From: Myxococcota bacterium
Lineage (GTDB): Bacteria > Myxococcota_A > UBA9160 > UBA6930
NCBI GenBank assembly: GCA_965223705.1
Contig: OZ245015.1
Coordinates: 4,224,001-4,288,000, forward strand
DNA length: 64,000 bases
Reading direction: 5' to 3'
The notes beneath the pieces are model-generated. The model was not told the origin of the DNA. It saw nothing but the letters and a program-made list of their open reading frames with translations, and did no database searches. Position numbers and translations under genes: made by a program. This document shows positions 30,504 to 42,175 of this stretch, piece after piece (the stretch's first letter is position 1; each line of letters starts with the position of its first letter).

Positions 30504-30838
30504 TTCGCCTTGTTCTCGGCGATCTGCTCCGCGGTCGGCTTGTCTTTCTCTTCGACTTCCGGAACCTCGAAATCGCCGGAGTTCTCCGGAACTTTCGCGT
30601 TTTGCGCGATGTCGTCTTGGAAGACGCCCGGCACCCGTTCATCTTCGTAGATGGCTTCCCACGGGCATTCGGGCTCGCACACGCCACAGTCGATGCATTC
30701 TTCGGGGTTGATATAGAGCTGATTCGGAAAGGTCTCGCGATCGGTGCCCGTATAGCCGTAGATGCAGTCTACCGGGCAGACCTCGACGCAGGATTGGTCC
30801 ACGCAATCGCGGCAGAGTTTCGTGATGACCCAAGGCAT
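30485..30838 (-). CDS. Dicluster (7Fe, FdxA-like) ferredoxin
   Basis: [17 protein letters not shown] and [21 protein letters not shown] upstream. Confidence 0.92.
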   Translation of the reverse strand: MPWVITKLCRDCVDQSCVEVCPVDCIYGYTGTDRETFPNQLYINPEECIDCGVCEPECPWEAIYEDERVPGVFQDDIAQNAKVPENSGDFEVPEVEEKDKPTAEQIAENKAKWNFSE

Positions 30839-30960
30839 GTCTGTCTCCTCGTCTAGCCCGCGAGGGCTCCGGGTCGGGCATTCTATCTCAGGGAGCTCCC
30901 TTTCGGTGGGGGCCCGCCGAACCCTTGTGGGCCGCGCGGGGATCGCGCACCGTTGACGCC

Positions 30961-31824
30961 ATGGCGGAGAGCGAGTGGGTCGTAGCGGTCGAAGCGGCGG
31001 ATTTCGAGTCCGCCGTGATCGGGCGGAGCGGGGAGCTTCCGGTCGTGGTCGATTTCTGGGCTCCGTGGTGTGGGCCTTGCCGCACCCTGGGCCCCACCCT
31101 CGAGAGGCTGGCCGAGGAACACGCGGGGGCGTTTCTCCTCGCAAAAGTGAACGTCGACGACGCACAAGAGCTCTCCCAGCGCTACGGCGTGCGCAGTATC
31201 CCGACGGTTCTCGGGTTCCGCGAAGGCCGTATCGCGAAAGAGTTCGTCGGGGCGCTTCCCGAGCCCGAGATTCGGCGCTTCCTCGAAGAGCTCCTGCCTT
31301 CGCGGGCGTGGCACCTGGCACGGGAGGGCCTCGAGCTCGCGGCCGCCGGCCACGAAAACGCCGCAGAGGAGCGCTTTCGCGGTGCCCTGGCCGAGGATCC
31401 GCGGGAAGCCACGGCACTGCTGGGCCTCGCGAAGATCTCGGCGGCCGGCGGCGACGCGGCCGAGGCGCTGGCTCTGCTCGAGCGGGTGCCGCCGACCTCG
31501 TCGCTCATCGAGGAAGCCGAGCGGTTCGCGGCAGCCGTCCGCACCGGAGACGCGGCGGGCGACAGCGACCTCGAGGCGCTTCGCGAACGCGTCGCGTCGG
31601 ACCCGGCGGATCTCGAGGCGCAGCTCGCCTTGGGCCGCGGTCTGGCGGCGGCGGGTCAGTACGAGGCCGCACTCGAAACCCTGCTGGGCGTCGTGCGCCG
31701 AGATCCTCAGTTCGCCGATCAAGCCGCGCGAAAGGCGATGGTCGATCTCTTCGAGGTCCTCGGCGCTGAGGATCCGCTGACCGAGCGCTTCCGCGGCGAA
31801 CTCGCCCGCGCCCTCTTTCGCTAA
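30961..31824 (+). CDS. cnoX: Thioredoxin-TPR chaperedoxin (CnoX/YbbN family)
   Basis: [18 protein letters not shown], followed by a TPR-like helical C-terminus ending RGELARALF. Confidence 0.9.
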   Translation: MAESEWVVAVEAADFESAVIGRSGELPVVVDFWAPWCGPCRTLGPTLERLAEEHAGAFLLAKVNVDDAQELSQRYGVRSIPTVLGFREGRIAKEFVGALPEPEIRRFLEELLPSRAWHLAREGLELAAAGHENAAEERFRGALAEDPREATALLGLAKISAAGGDAAEALALLERVPPTSSLIEEAERFAAAVRTGDAAGDSDLEALRERVASDPADLEAQLALGRGLAAAGQYEAALETLLGVVRRDPQFADQAARKAMVDLFEVLGAEDPLTERFRGELARALFR

Positions 31825-31828
31825 AGCC

Positions 31829-34120
31829 ATGGTGCCGGAAACGCTTCGCGGCTTCGTCGTCCAATCGCGCTACCGAGTTCGCGCCGGGGGGCCGGTCGTC
31901 GAACTGTTCGGCAGGCTCGAAGACGGGCGGCCTTTTCTCGTCACGGATGACCGCGAAGTGCCTTTCTTCTACACGGGTGAAGCCGGAAAGGCGCTGGTCG
32001 AATCCGATCCGGCGGTGCGTTCCGTCGAACCGAGTCCGCTCCAAAGTTTGGACGGAGCGCCCGTTGTTCGTGTCCACACGCGAATTCCCGGCGACGTCCC
32101 GGGGCTCCGCGATCGCTTGATCCGGGCGGGCCTCCCGGTTTACGAGGCAGACGTCCGGTTCGCGCAGCGTTTCCTCATGGAGCGCGGCATCCGCGGAGCC
32201 GTCTCGATTTGCGGCGCGGCGGAATCCGGTAGCGGGAGGGTCTCATTTCACAATCCCGAACTCAGTGGCGCACCGCCCTATCGTCCGTCGCTCACCTCGC
32301 TTTCAATCGACATCGAAACGACTCCGGACGCGAAACGCGTTTTGTCGATCGCGCTCGTCGGCTGTGGGACCGAAGAAGTCTGGCTTGTCGCAGGCGCTCC
32401 CGTTCAGGGTGCGCACTGCGTGCCGGATGAATCCGCGTTGCTGTCGGCGACGTTTCGGCGGTTTCAAGAACTCGATCCCGACCTCGTCCTGGGATGGAGC
32501 GTGATCGACTTCGATCTTCGAGTCCTGGCGGAGCGAGCGCGCGCCCTCGGTGTTCCCGAGCGCTTCGGACGGGTTGCAGGTGAGACGCGCCTCTCTCGCG
32601 ACCCGGGGTTTGCGCGCGGCATGCGAGCCGACATGCCGGGACGCATCGTCCTCGACGGCCTACCGGTCTGCCGTGAGGCGCTCCGCCTACCCGACTACCG
32701 GCTCGACACCGTGGCCCGGGAGGTGCTCGGCCGCGGGAAGCTCATCACCGATACCGGACGAAGCAAAGCCGACGAGATCCAGCGTCAATATCGCGAAGAC
32801 CCCGCGGCACTCGTCGCGTACAACCTGGAAGACGCACGCCTCGTCCCCGAGATTCTCGAGCACGAGGGGCTGCTCTCACTCTGCATCGAACGCAGTCTGC
32901 TGTCGGGTATGCCCCTCGACCGCGTCAGCGCGAGCATCGCTTCGTTTGATCAGCTCTATCTCCCGGAGCTCAATCGTCGGGGACGCGTCGCAGGTTGCGT
33001 CGATGCGAGCCGAAAAGCCGCCGGCCTCGGCGGCGGCGCGGTTCTCGACGGTTCGCCGGGGCTCGCCGATGACGTCGCGCTGTTCGACTTCAAGAGCCTG
33101 TATCCGAGCTTGATCCGCACGTTCCACCTCGATCCCTTGGCGTTCGCCGAGGGACGCGACGACACCGATGCCGTACGCGCCCCGAACGGTGCGCGCTTCT
33201 CGCGGTGCGACGCGATTCTTCCCGAACTGATCGAGCGCATGATGGAGCGGCGGGAAGCCGCGAAAGCGCGCGGGGATCGCCACGCTGATCAGGCGATTAA
33301 AATCATGATGAATTCCCTCTACGGCGTTCTCGGCGCTTCGGCCTGTCGCTTTTTCGAGCCGGACATCGCGAATGCCATCACGAGTTTCGGCCAGCAAACA
33401 CTTCGTTGGACGCGCGATGCCTTCGAAGCGGCCGGGACCCGCGTGATCTACGGCGACACGGATTCCGTCTTTGTCGAGCTGGGCGAGCACTCGGCTGAAG
33501 CCCTTCGAGAACACGTCGAGTCCGCGATCCGCGCGCGTGTTCGCGACGACTACGGTGTCGAGCCGAAGCTCATCCTGGAACTCGAACGCGTCTTCGAACG
33601 CTTTTTTCTGCCCCGTGTGCGCGGCGGGAAGAGCGGAAGCAAGAAACGCTACGCGGGGTGGTCGGACGGAAAGCTCCACATCGCCGGGCTCGAAGCCGTC
33701 CGTCGCGATTGGCCCGAGCTCGGCAAGCGCCTCCAGCGCGGCCTCCTCGAGCGCCTCTTCCGCGACGAGCCCCTGCTGCCTTTCGCGGAGGAAATCGTCG
33801 GCGCGCTGCGGTCGGGCTCAGTCGATCGCGAACTCGTGTACGTCAAGCGGCTCCGCAAGGGCGAGGGGGAGTACACCAAGACCACGCCCCCCCACGTACA
33901 AGCCGCACGCAAGGCCGGGCTTCGCGGCGGCGTGGTCCGCTACGTCATCACCCAAAGCGGTCCGGAACCCGTCGTCGACGACGCGATCGTGCCGTCCGGA
34001 ATCGACTACAACCACTACGTCGAGCGCGTGCTGCGACCGATTGCGGACGCGATCCTCCCCGAAGTCGGCGAGACCTTCGCCACGGCGCTCGGCGAACCGA
34101 GCCAGCTCAGCCTGTTGTAG
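31829..34120 (+). CDS. polB: DNA polymerase II (family B)
   Basis: ExoI DIET, ExoII FD, ExoIII YNLED; DFKSLYPS, KIMMNSLYG, YGDTDS, KKRY, GLE.VR. Confidence 0.94.
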   Translation: MVPETLRGFVVQSRYRVRAGGPVVELFGRLEDGRPFLVTDDREVPFFYTGEAGKALVESDPAVRSVEPSPLQSLDGAPVVRVHTRIPGDVPGLRDRLIRAGLPVYEADVRFAQRFLMERGIRGAVSICGAAESGSGRVSFHNPELSGAPPYRPSLTSLSIDIETTPDAKRVLSIALVGCGTEEVWLVAGAPVQGAHCVPDESALLSATFRRFQELDPDLVLGWSVIDFDLRVLAERARALGVPERFGRVAGETRLSRDPGFARGMRADMPGRIVLDGLPVCREALRLPDYRLDTVAREVLGRGKLITDTGRSKADEIQRQYREDPAALVAYNLEDARLVPEILEHEGLLSLCIERSLLSGMPLDRVSASIASFDQLYLPELNRRGRVAGCVDASRKAAGLGGGAVLDGSPGLADDVALFDFKSLYPSLIRTFHLDPLAFAEGRDDTDAVRAPNGARFSRCDAILPELIERMMERREAAKARGDRHADQAIKIMMNSLYGVLGASACRFFEPDIANAITSFGQQTLRWTRDAFEAAGTRVIYGDTDSVFVELGEHSAEALREHVESAIRARVRDDYGVEPKLILELERVFERFFLPRVRGGKSGSKKRYAGWSDGKLHIAGLEAVRRDWPELGKRLQRGLLERLFRDEPLLPFAEEIVGALRSGSVDRELVYVKRLRKGEGEYTKTTPPHVQAARKAGLRGGVVRYVITQSGPEPVVDDAIVPSGIDYNHYVERVLRPIADAILPEVGETFATALGEPSQLSLL

Positions 34121-34132
34121 GTTCGGCGCTGT

Positions 34133-35008
34133 CTACGTCGCGCGAGCGAGAAAATCGCGAATCGCGCGATTCGTAGATTGCGGGTTCTCCTCGTGCATGA
34201 GATGCGAGGCATCCTCGATCTCGACGCGCGAAACGTTCGGGACAAGCTCCTCGAGTCGATCCGTCAGTCGAAGGAGCCACGCGGGGCTGCGGACTCCGGT
34301 CACCAGCAGCACGGGAACGCCGAGAGCTCGGAGATCCCGCTTGGAGAGCGGGGGAAAAGAATCGTCGCCGGTGAGGAACTCCCGGAGCGGTGCCCAGTTG
34401 TCGCGGACTTGTTGCTGCCGCTCCGGCGGTAGATCGTCGAGACCCCGGCCGGAGAGAGCAGCTCCGGCAAACGCCCGCAGCGCAGCCTCTTCGTCACCCG
34501 CCGCGACCGATCGCTGAACCTGCTGCACGATCCTGCCAAAAGACATGATGCCGAGCGCTGTGCGCGGGTGCGTCGCGAGAAGCGAAAGAAGCTCCAGCGG
34601 TTTGGGCGGCGTGCTGACGTACAACGACACGACCGGTGGCTCCTCGAGGGTGAGCGACCGGACGAGGCCCGGGTGCGCAAGCGCGGTGAGAAGCGCGATG
34701 AATGCACCTGACGAGTTTCCGACCAAATGAGCAGGCGCTGCGACGACTCCTTTGAGAAACGCTGCGAGGTCATCCGCGTGCGTCATCCATGGGTCGCCAG
34801 CTCCACGGCGAACCGGCTCGTTGGGTCTCGCGTAGCGCCGGCTGAGCGAGATCGCGCGGTGGGTCGTCGAGAACTCGCTGACCTGGTGAGACCAGGTGCG
34901 GAGGTCGCTGATCGCGCCGTGCACGAAGACGATCGGATCACCGCGCCCGGACTCGACGCAGGCGAGCGTCGTGCCGTTGACCGATACGGCCGTGGCGGAC
35001 TCGAACAC
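34133..35008 (-). CDS. Alpha/beta hydrolase
   Basis: FVHGA, GNSSG, SHLMH; GTG start immediately after the upstream TAA. Confidence 0.87.
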   Translation of the reverse strand: MFESATAVSVNGTTLACVESGRGDPIVFVHGAISDLRTWSHQVSEFSTTHRAISLSRRYARPNEPVRRGAGDPWMTHADDLAAFLKGVVAAPAHLVGNSSGAFIALLTALAHPGLVRSLTLEEPPVVSLYVSTPPKPLELLSLLATHPRTALGIMSFGRIVQQVQRSVAAGDEEAALRAFAGAALSGRGLDDLPPERQQQVRDNWAPLREFLTGDDSFPPLSKRDLRALGVPVLLVTGVRSPAWLLRLTDRLEELVPNVSRVEIEDASHLMHEENPQSTNRAIRDFLARAT

Positions 35009-35010
35009 GT

Positions 35011-35568
35011 TTACTGGGACGGAACCGCGCACGCCTCGCCGACCGTATCGAGGCCGAGGACTGCGCAGAAGCGTCCGTACCCGACGAACATCGAGATCCG
35101 CCAGCCGAGTGTCATGATCTCGCGCTCGGTGAAGTGCTCGCGCAAATCGTCGAAAAGTTCTTCCGAGGCTTTGTGGTGATCGCCGGCCAGGATGTCCGCG
35201 AAACGGAGCGCCGCTTTTTCTCGCTCGTCGAAGGCGTCGCCTTGGGGATCAGTCCGGATCGCCGCTACCAACTCATCCGTTACGCCTTGCTGCCTCGCCG
35301 AGGCATACACGACGCCTTGTCACAAATAACACTCGTTGTGGAGCGCGACGCGGTGGCGAACGATTTCGGTCAGCTTGAGGCTGATGTCGCCTTCGTCCGT
35401 CATGATGTGGTCGTAGTAGAAGCCCGCGAAATCTTTGTAGAGCTCGGGTGAATGGGCGAAGACCTGGATCCACTCGTTGCCGCCGAGCGCGTTCGTCGAA
35501 GCTTTCATGAGCTCCCGAACGCCTTCGTCCATTTGGTCAACCGGAACCTTGCTGACGCGGTGATGCAT
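35011..35568 (-). CDS. AhpD/carboxymuconolactone-decarboxylase-like protein with CxxU motif (probable selenoprotein)
   Basis: Two in-frame ORFs joined by TGA at 35320-35322: RVALHNE-C-Y-L-TGA-QGVVYASARQQG...FDEREKAALRFAD...LREHFTEREI; GGAGG RBS before ATG 35568. Confidence 0.85.
35291..35305 (-). promoter_or_regulatory. Candidate bacterial SECIS hairpin
   Basis: UGCCUC-GGC-GAGGCA stem-loop; G-starting loop 20 nt downstream of the UGA. Confidence 0.65.
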
Positions 35569-35588
35569 GGCGTACCTCCGTGGCTGCA

Positions 35589-36359
35589 TCATACGCCGAT
35601 CGATGGATTTCGTGGAAACTCAGACGACGCACACTGCGTGAGATACCACGGCTCGATGTACTCGAGCAGATTCAGATCGTGGTTGATCATGCAGATGTGG
35701 CCATACCCTTCGAGGATACGCGCGGTGCCGCGCGGCGCGCGAGCTGCCATGAAGCGCGCCTCCGAAACCGACGGCACGAGCCGATCGCGATCGCCCGCCA
35801 AAAACAAGGCCGGGGGCCGCAGCTTCGCGAGCTCCTGTCGCACGTCATAAGTCTGGAGGATTCGGAGGCGTTGCAGGTAACCCGCCTTGCCGATTTGCTT
35901 CGAGCGCTCGTGGAACTCACGAAGATCTTCTGGCGCAGCGTGGGGGCTGTGGAGTTTCGACTCGGTGAAGCGGCGCACCAAGGGCATCGCACCCCAGGGC
36001 ATCGCCCGGAGAAGCAGCGGCCCCAAAAGGAGCTTCAAGCGCTGGTGGACCCGCGAGAAGGAGTTCACGATCACGAGGCCGCGCAGCCGCTCCGGGCGAG
36101 CGAGGGCGAAGCTGAGACTGAGGGCGCCGCCGAAGGACTCCCCACACAGAAGAACCTCGGGGCCCGCCACTTGATCGAGCAGTTTTTCCAAATCGTCGAT
36201 CAGACCGGCCATGTCCATCGAGGCGTCGTCGGGAAGAGGAAAAGCGACCACGTTGAAGCGCTTCGCCAGTAGGGGCACTTGGCGGTAAAACATCAGAGCT
36301 GTGCCATCGAGGCCCGGGACCATCACCAGGGTCGGCGCCGGATCGGATCGATCCGTCAA
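35589..36359 (-). CDS. Alpha/beta hydrolase
   Basis: PGLDG, GESFGG, GDRD, GH; TTG start overlaps the upstream stop, with GGAGG RBS. Confidence 0.85.
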   Translation of the reverse strand: MTDRSDPAPTLVMVPGLDGTALMFYRQVPLLAKRFNVVAFPLPDDASMDMAGLIDDLEKLLDQVAGPEVLLCGESFGGALSLSFALARPERLRGLVIVNSFSRVHQRLKLLLGPLLLRAMPWGAMPLVRRFTESKLHSPHAAPEDLREFHERSKQIGKAGYLQRLRILQTYDVRQELAKLRPPALFLAGDRDRLVPSVSEARFMAARAPRGTARILEGYGHICMINHDLNLLEYIEPWYLTQCASSEFPRNPSIGV

Positions 36360-37117
36360 TGGACGCCTCCCGAATCCTGGCGATCGCGCGAGATCTTGCG
36401 CGCCGGGATCCCGGCGTAGCTGCTGTGGCCGTCGAGCTGCTGAAACTTGGTCACCGCCGAGAGAGCGCCGATCTGACACTCGGGGCCCGCCTCGACGCCG
36501 ATTTCGACGTTCGCGCCGACGCCGACCGTCACTCCCCGAGCCAACCGCACCGGTGCCGTCTTCCAGAGGCCGCGTTCCACCGTGTGCCCCGAGAGATGGA
36601 CACCTCCTCCGATGACGACGTCGTCACCGAACTCGAGCAGACAGTGATCGGTGACGTCGAGTGAGTTGATCCAGACGCGGCGGCCGAGTTTCGCGCCGTT
36701 CAGGCGCATGTAGAAGACCCAGAGCGGTGTCGTGCGGAGAAACGTCCCGACCAGAATGCGCACGAGGTGGAACGACACGGTGTAGCGGATCCAGTCGAGG
36801 AGAGGCCACGGGAAGGTCGCGATCGGAACCTCCATGCCGGGCGGGGGTCGCCAACCGAAAAGCCTCATGGCCAGCGCGGAAAGACCCATGAAGAAAACCG
36901 CAAAGACCACGTAGGCGGGAATCGCCGCCATGGCCAAGACCACGACCTCGAGTGCGGGGGGTGTCAGGTCCCAACTCGTGTGCCAGCGCCAGAAGAAAGC
37001 GGCGGGCAGAATCGACAAGCCGAAGACGATGCTCTCGACCACGAAGAGGGATGCCACGCACCACGCGACGCGGATCCTCGTCGCCCACCGCTGCCGAGCT
37101 CGGTTCTCGGAACCCAC
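36356..37117 (-). CDS. Membrane-anchored hexapeptide-repeat (LbH) acyltransferase-like protein
   Basis: Two TM helices; RLNGAKLG, FGDDVVIGGG..LSGH, VTVG, YAGIPA; GGAGG RBS. Confidence 0.8.
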   Translation of the reverse strand: MGSENRARQRWATRIRVAWCVASLFVVESIVFGLSILPAAFFWRWHTSWDLTPPALEVVVLAMAAIPAYVVFAVFFMGLSALAMRLFGWRPPPGMEVPIATFPWPLLDWIRYTVSFHLVRILVGTFLRTTPLWVFYMRLNGAKLGRRVWINSLDVTDHCLLEFGDDVVIGGGVHLSGHTVERGLWKTAPVRLARGVTVGVGANVEIGVEAGPECQIGALSAVTKFQQLDGHSSYAGIPARKISRDRQDSGGVH

Positions 37118-37182
37118 GGTCCCTCCACAAAATGAATCTGAGCTCGGCGAGCCGTATGTCAACCGACGCAGCTGCAACGAGA

Positions 37183-37215
37183 AAAGGCCCCGAAGCAAAG
37201 TGCCTCGGGGCCTTT
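37183..37215 (-). terminator. Rho-independent terminator downstream of groEL
   Basis: AAAGGCCCCGA...TCGGGGCCTTT stem with T-rich tails on both strands. Confidence 0.85.
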
Positions 37216-37256
37216 CGTTTTCGCGACATAGGCTCGCGATGTAGACGGCGGAGCCG

Positions 37257-38927
<1,671 letters not shown>

Positions 38928-39215
38928 CTACTCGAGCACCGCGAGGACGTCGTCTTCGCGCATGATCAGGTGTTCTTCTCCGTCGAGCTTGACCTCGGAG
39001 CCGGAGTACTTGCTGAAGAGCACTCGGTCACCGGCCTTCACGTCGAGGGGCGTGACTTTTCCGTCCTCGCTCACCTTGCCGTTGCCGACGGCCACTACCT
39101 TGCCCTCTTGGGGCTTTTCCTTCGCGCTATCCGGAATGATGATGCCGCCCGAGGTCGTCTCTTCTTCCTCGATTCGCTGCACCAAGATCCGATCGTGAAG
39201 GGGTCGGATTTTCAT
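38928..39215 (-). CDS. groES: Co-chaperonin GroES
   Basis: MKIRPLHDR...[13 protein letters not shown]. Confidence 0.98.
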   Translation of the reverse strand: MKIRPLHDRILVQRIEEEETTSGGIIIPDSAKEKPQEGKVVAVGNGKVSEDGKVTPLDVKAGDRVLFSKYSGSEVKLDGEEHLIMREDDVLAVLE

Positions 39216-39544
39216 CCTTTCGTCTCCCTCCGCCAGCGCCTGTTCGGGGCGACTGGCTCTGTGGGGGCCCGTGGGTTGGGGCATCCCTCTTTTTGTTCTG
39301 CGTAGTCTTCTTGCGGTCGCGAAAGCGTACCCACGACGGAGCGTGGGCCTCCCGAACCGGCTTCCTCTTGTCCTAAGCACGACCCAGGCCCGGTCAAGCC
39401 CGCTGCCCAAAAAAAGAAAGAGGCGGCGGCGAGCCAGTCGCCTTCCGGCGATTGCGGAGCTGAGAAGCGAGTCGGGTATCTTACACCGCCTGGGGTCAGG
39501 CCTGGGGGGCCGACTCGTTTTTTTCTCCGCGGCGAAGGTGATCG

Positions 39545-40489
39545 ATGCCCCAAAGCCCTGCGAGCACTCCGGAGGCGGCTCCCGTCGAGGCCTCTCTCGC
39601 TTCCCTACAGGACCAAATTTGCACGGCTTTTGAGGATCTCGACGGGACTGCCCGCTTCCGCGACGACGAGATGGAGGCGCCCGGTGGAGGGCGATCGGCC
39701 CCACGGGTCCTCGAGGCGGGGGAGGTTTTCGAGAAAGCGGCGGTAAATTTCACCCACGCCCGTGGCGACGCGCTGCCCGCCGCCGCGACCGAGCGGCGGC
39801 CGGAGCTCGCCGGCGCCGCTTTCGAGGCGGTCTCCCTCTCGCTGATCGCCCACCCCCTGAACCCGCATGCGCCGACCTCGCACATGAACCTGCGGTTCTT
39901 CATCGCGCACCCGTCGGGGCGGGATCCGGTCTGGTGGTTCGGGGGCGGCTTCGACTTGACGCCCTTCTACGGGTACGAGGAAGACGCCCGCCATTGGCAC
40001 GCCACGTCCCGCGACGCGTGCGCTCCCTTCGGCCCCGAGGCCTATCCGCGCTTCAAGCGCTGGTGCGACGAGTATTTTTTTCTCCACCACCGCGGCGAGG
40101 CCCGAGGCATCGGCGGTCTTTTCTTCGACGATTTGTGCGAACCCGATTTCGAGAGCTGCTTCGCGTTCGTCACCAGCGTCGGCGACCACTACCTCCCGGC
40201 GTACCTCCCGATCGTCGAGCGCCGCAAGGATCTGCCCTGGGGCGAGCGGGAGCGGCGGTTCCAGCTGCTGCGTCGCGGCCGCTACGTGGAGTTCAACCTC
40301 GTGCACGATCGCGGCACACTGTACGGCCTGCAGTCCGGGCGGCGCGTCGAGGCCGTCCTCGCGTCTCTTCCGCCGCTGGTCCGGTGGCACTACGACGAGC
40401 GACCCGACGAGGGCACCGCCGAAGCTGCGCTCGCGGCGTTCCTCGAGCCACGCGACTGGCTGGCTAGTTCTCCAGGCGGCGGCGGGTAA
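39545..40489 (+). CDS. hemF: Oxygen-dependent coproporphyrinogen III oxidase
   Basis: [51 protein letters not shown]. Confidence 0.96.
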   Translation: MPQSPASTPEAAPVEASLASLQDQICTAFEDLDGTARFRDDEMEAPGGGRSAPRVLEAGEVFEKAAVNFTHARGDALPAAATERRPELAGAAFEAVSLSLIAHPLNPHAPTSHMNLRFFIAHPSGRDPVWWFGGGFDLTPFYGYEEDARHWHATSRDACAPFGPEAYPRFKRWCDEYFFLHHRGEARGIGGLFFDDLCEPDFESCFAFVTSVGDHYLPAYLPIVERRKDLPWGERERRFQLLRRGRYVEFNLVHDRGTLYGLQSGRRVEAVLASLPPLVRWHYDERPDEGTAEAALAAFLEPRDWLASSPGGGG

Positions 40490-41234
40490 CCCCGGCGGCG
40501 ACCCACAACAAGACGCCCGACAGCCCGAGGATGTAGAGCGCGTCCCAGACCATCGTCCACCCGATCTGCCCCGTGGCGAGCCCGCGCATCATTCTCACCG
40601 GATGAAGCAGGGGCAGGACTTCCGCAACCCACAACCAACCGCCGGCGAGGCGTTCGGCCAAGGGGAAGAACACGTCCGAGAACAAGAAGAGCGGCGTGAG
40701 GAACAACGTGAAGAAGAAGCTCACGAATTCGATGGTGGGGACCGCGAGCGTGAATGCGTAGGCGATCGCGGCGAACAGCAAGCCCGTCAACGGAATGACG
40801 AGAAGTGCGCCGGGGACAGCAGAGAGCGGGACGTAACCCAGGGCGACGACCGCCACGAGGAAACAGACGCCGTAGATCGAAGCTCGGGTCATCGCCCATA
40901 ACACTTCGCCCGCGAGCACGTCTTCCGGCTGAACGGGCGTCGTCAACATCGCCGCGTAAGCCTTTTCAAAATTCAGTCGGACGTACGCGTTGTACGTCCC
41001 TTCGTAGCTCGCGCCGTTCATCGCGGAAACGCAGACGAGAGCCGGCGCGAGAAAAGCGACGTACGACATTCCCGCCATGCCGGAGACATAGCTCCCGAGC
41101 CCGATGCCGAGCGCCCACAAGTAGAAAACGGGCTCGAAGAAGTTCGGCAAGATGTTGAGCCGCCAGGTTCGGCGGTAGAGCGCGAGGTTGCGACGCCAGA
41201 CCGAGAGCGCGTGAGGGGGCGACGGAAAACTCAT
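40464..41234 (-). CDS. ABC-2 exporter permease (NodJ-like)
   Basis: EPVFYL..LG.GLG, YVAFLAP, MLTTP, PLFLFS..FFP. Confidence 0.88.
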   Translation of the reverse strand: MSFPSPPHALSVWRRNLALYRRTWRLNILPNFFEPVFYLWALGIGLGSYVSGMAGMSYVAFLAPALVCVSAMNGASYEGTYNAYVRLNFEKAYAAMLTTPVQPEDVLAGEVLWAMTRASIYGVCFLVAVVALGYVPLSAVPGALLVIPLTGLLFAAIAYAFTLAVPTIEFVSFFFTLFLTPLFLFSDVFFPLAERLAGGWLWVAEVLPLLHPVRMMRGLATGQIGWTMVWDALYILGLSGVLLWVAAGVTRRRLEN

Positions 41235-42169
41235 CGCCGTTCCCCGAGCCCTGTGCCGGTCAGCGCCAGGAATACGTCCTCGAGGTGGGTCGGTCTCAGG
41301 GTCGCGCGATCGAGCGCTTCCCGGAGTGATGCGATCTCCCCGAGCTCCCGTCGCAAGCTCGCCGCATCGTTCGCGAACAGGGTCAGCCGCGCACCCGAAC
41401 GCAGTCGCGCCGCTTCGGGAACGCGCGCCCCGATCGCCGATTCGAGTTGTGGCGACAGATCGAGCTCGAGCGCCTCGGCCGCGAGATGCTTGGCGATCAG
41501 TTCCTCGGAGGCACCTTCAGCGATGATGCGCCCCGCGTCCATGACGGCGACGCGGTCGCAAAGTCGCTGCGCCTCTTCCATGTAGTGGGTCGTCAACAAG
41601 ACCGTCGTACCGCCGTCGCGCAGCGCGCGGATGCGTTCCCAGAGCGCGGCGCGAACGGCAGGATCGAGACCCGTGGTCGGTTCGTCGAGAATCAACAACT
41701 CGGGCGCGTTCATCAACGAACGCGCGACGGCGACACGGCGCTGATAGCCCCCGGACAAGCGCCGCACGGGAACTTCCGCGTGCGAGCGCAGCTCGAGAAA
41801 ATCGAGCAGTTCCGGGATGCGGCGCTCGAGATCCGAGCTCGTGAGCTGGTAGTAACGCCCGAACACCCGCAGGTTCTCGACCGGTGACAGGTCTTCGATC
41901 AACGCGTTTTCCTGGAGGGTGACGCCGAGTCGGGCGCGTACCGCGCGGGTTCTGTGCTGGATGTTCTGCCCGAAGACCCGGACCTCACCCGCGCTCGGCG
42001 GCGTGACCCCGTAGATCATGCGCAACGCCGTGGTCTTACCCGCTCCGTTCGGACCGAGCAGAGCGAAACAGGCGCCCCGCCCCACACCGAGCTCGAGTCC
42101 GTCGACCGCGAGGCGATCGCCGAACCGCTTGCTGACGCCGATGCACTGAACGACGTGGTGGGAGCTCAT
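41231..42169 (-). CDS. ABC exporter ATP-binding protein (NodI-like)
   Basis: GPNGAGKTT, LSGG, LDEPTTGLDP, TTHYMEEA, LEDVFL. Confidence 0.92.
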   Translation of the reverse strand: MSSHHVVQCIGVSKRFGDRLAVDGLELGVGRGACFALLGPNGAGKTTALRMIYGVTPPSAGEVRVFGQNIQHRTRAVRARLGVTLQENALIEDLSPVENLRVFGRYYQLTSSDLERRIPELLDFLELRSHAEVPVRRLSGGYQRRVAVARSLMNAPELLILDEPTTGLDPAVRAALWERIRALRDGGTTVLLTTHYMEEAQRLCDRVAVMDAGRIIAEGASEELIAKHLAAEALELDLSPQLESAIGARVPEAARLRSGARLTLFANDAASLRRELGEIASLREALDRATLRPTHLEDVFLALTGTGLGERR

Positions 42170-42175
42170 GACACC

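Noticed and set aside
29358..30650. ORFs starting MLKHPRAD at 29358 and 58078
   Set aside because: They arise from the repeated element; an indel between the copies shifts the frame, and both run antisense into real genes.
30839..30960. Moco riboswitch upstream of the ferredoxin-moaA genes
   Set aside because: Only a short hairpin (30902-30921) in a 122-nt divergent gap; insufficient for that motif.
31829..34120. Family B polymerase as a marker of a prophage, casposon or pipolin
   Set aside because: It looks like an ordinary cellular Pol II 4 nt after cnoX, with no mobile-element genes nearby.
35011..35592. Interpretation as a pseudogene or as two small genes
   Set aside because: The stop is TGA precisely at a catalytic Cys position with a downstream hairpin; Sec recoding is more parsimonious, though unproven.
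39216..39544. CIRCE operator or SRP RNA (GGAA-loop hairpin)
   Set aside because: No CIRCE consensus is present, and the hairpin lacks the SRP CAGG/AGCA internal loop.
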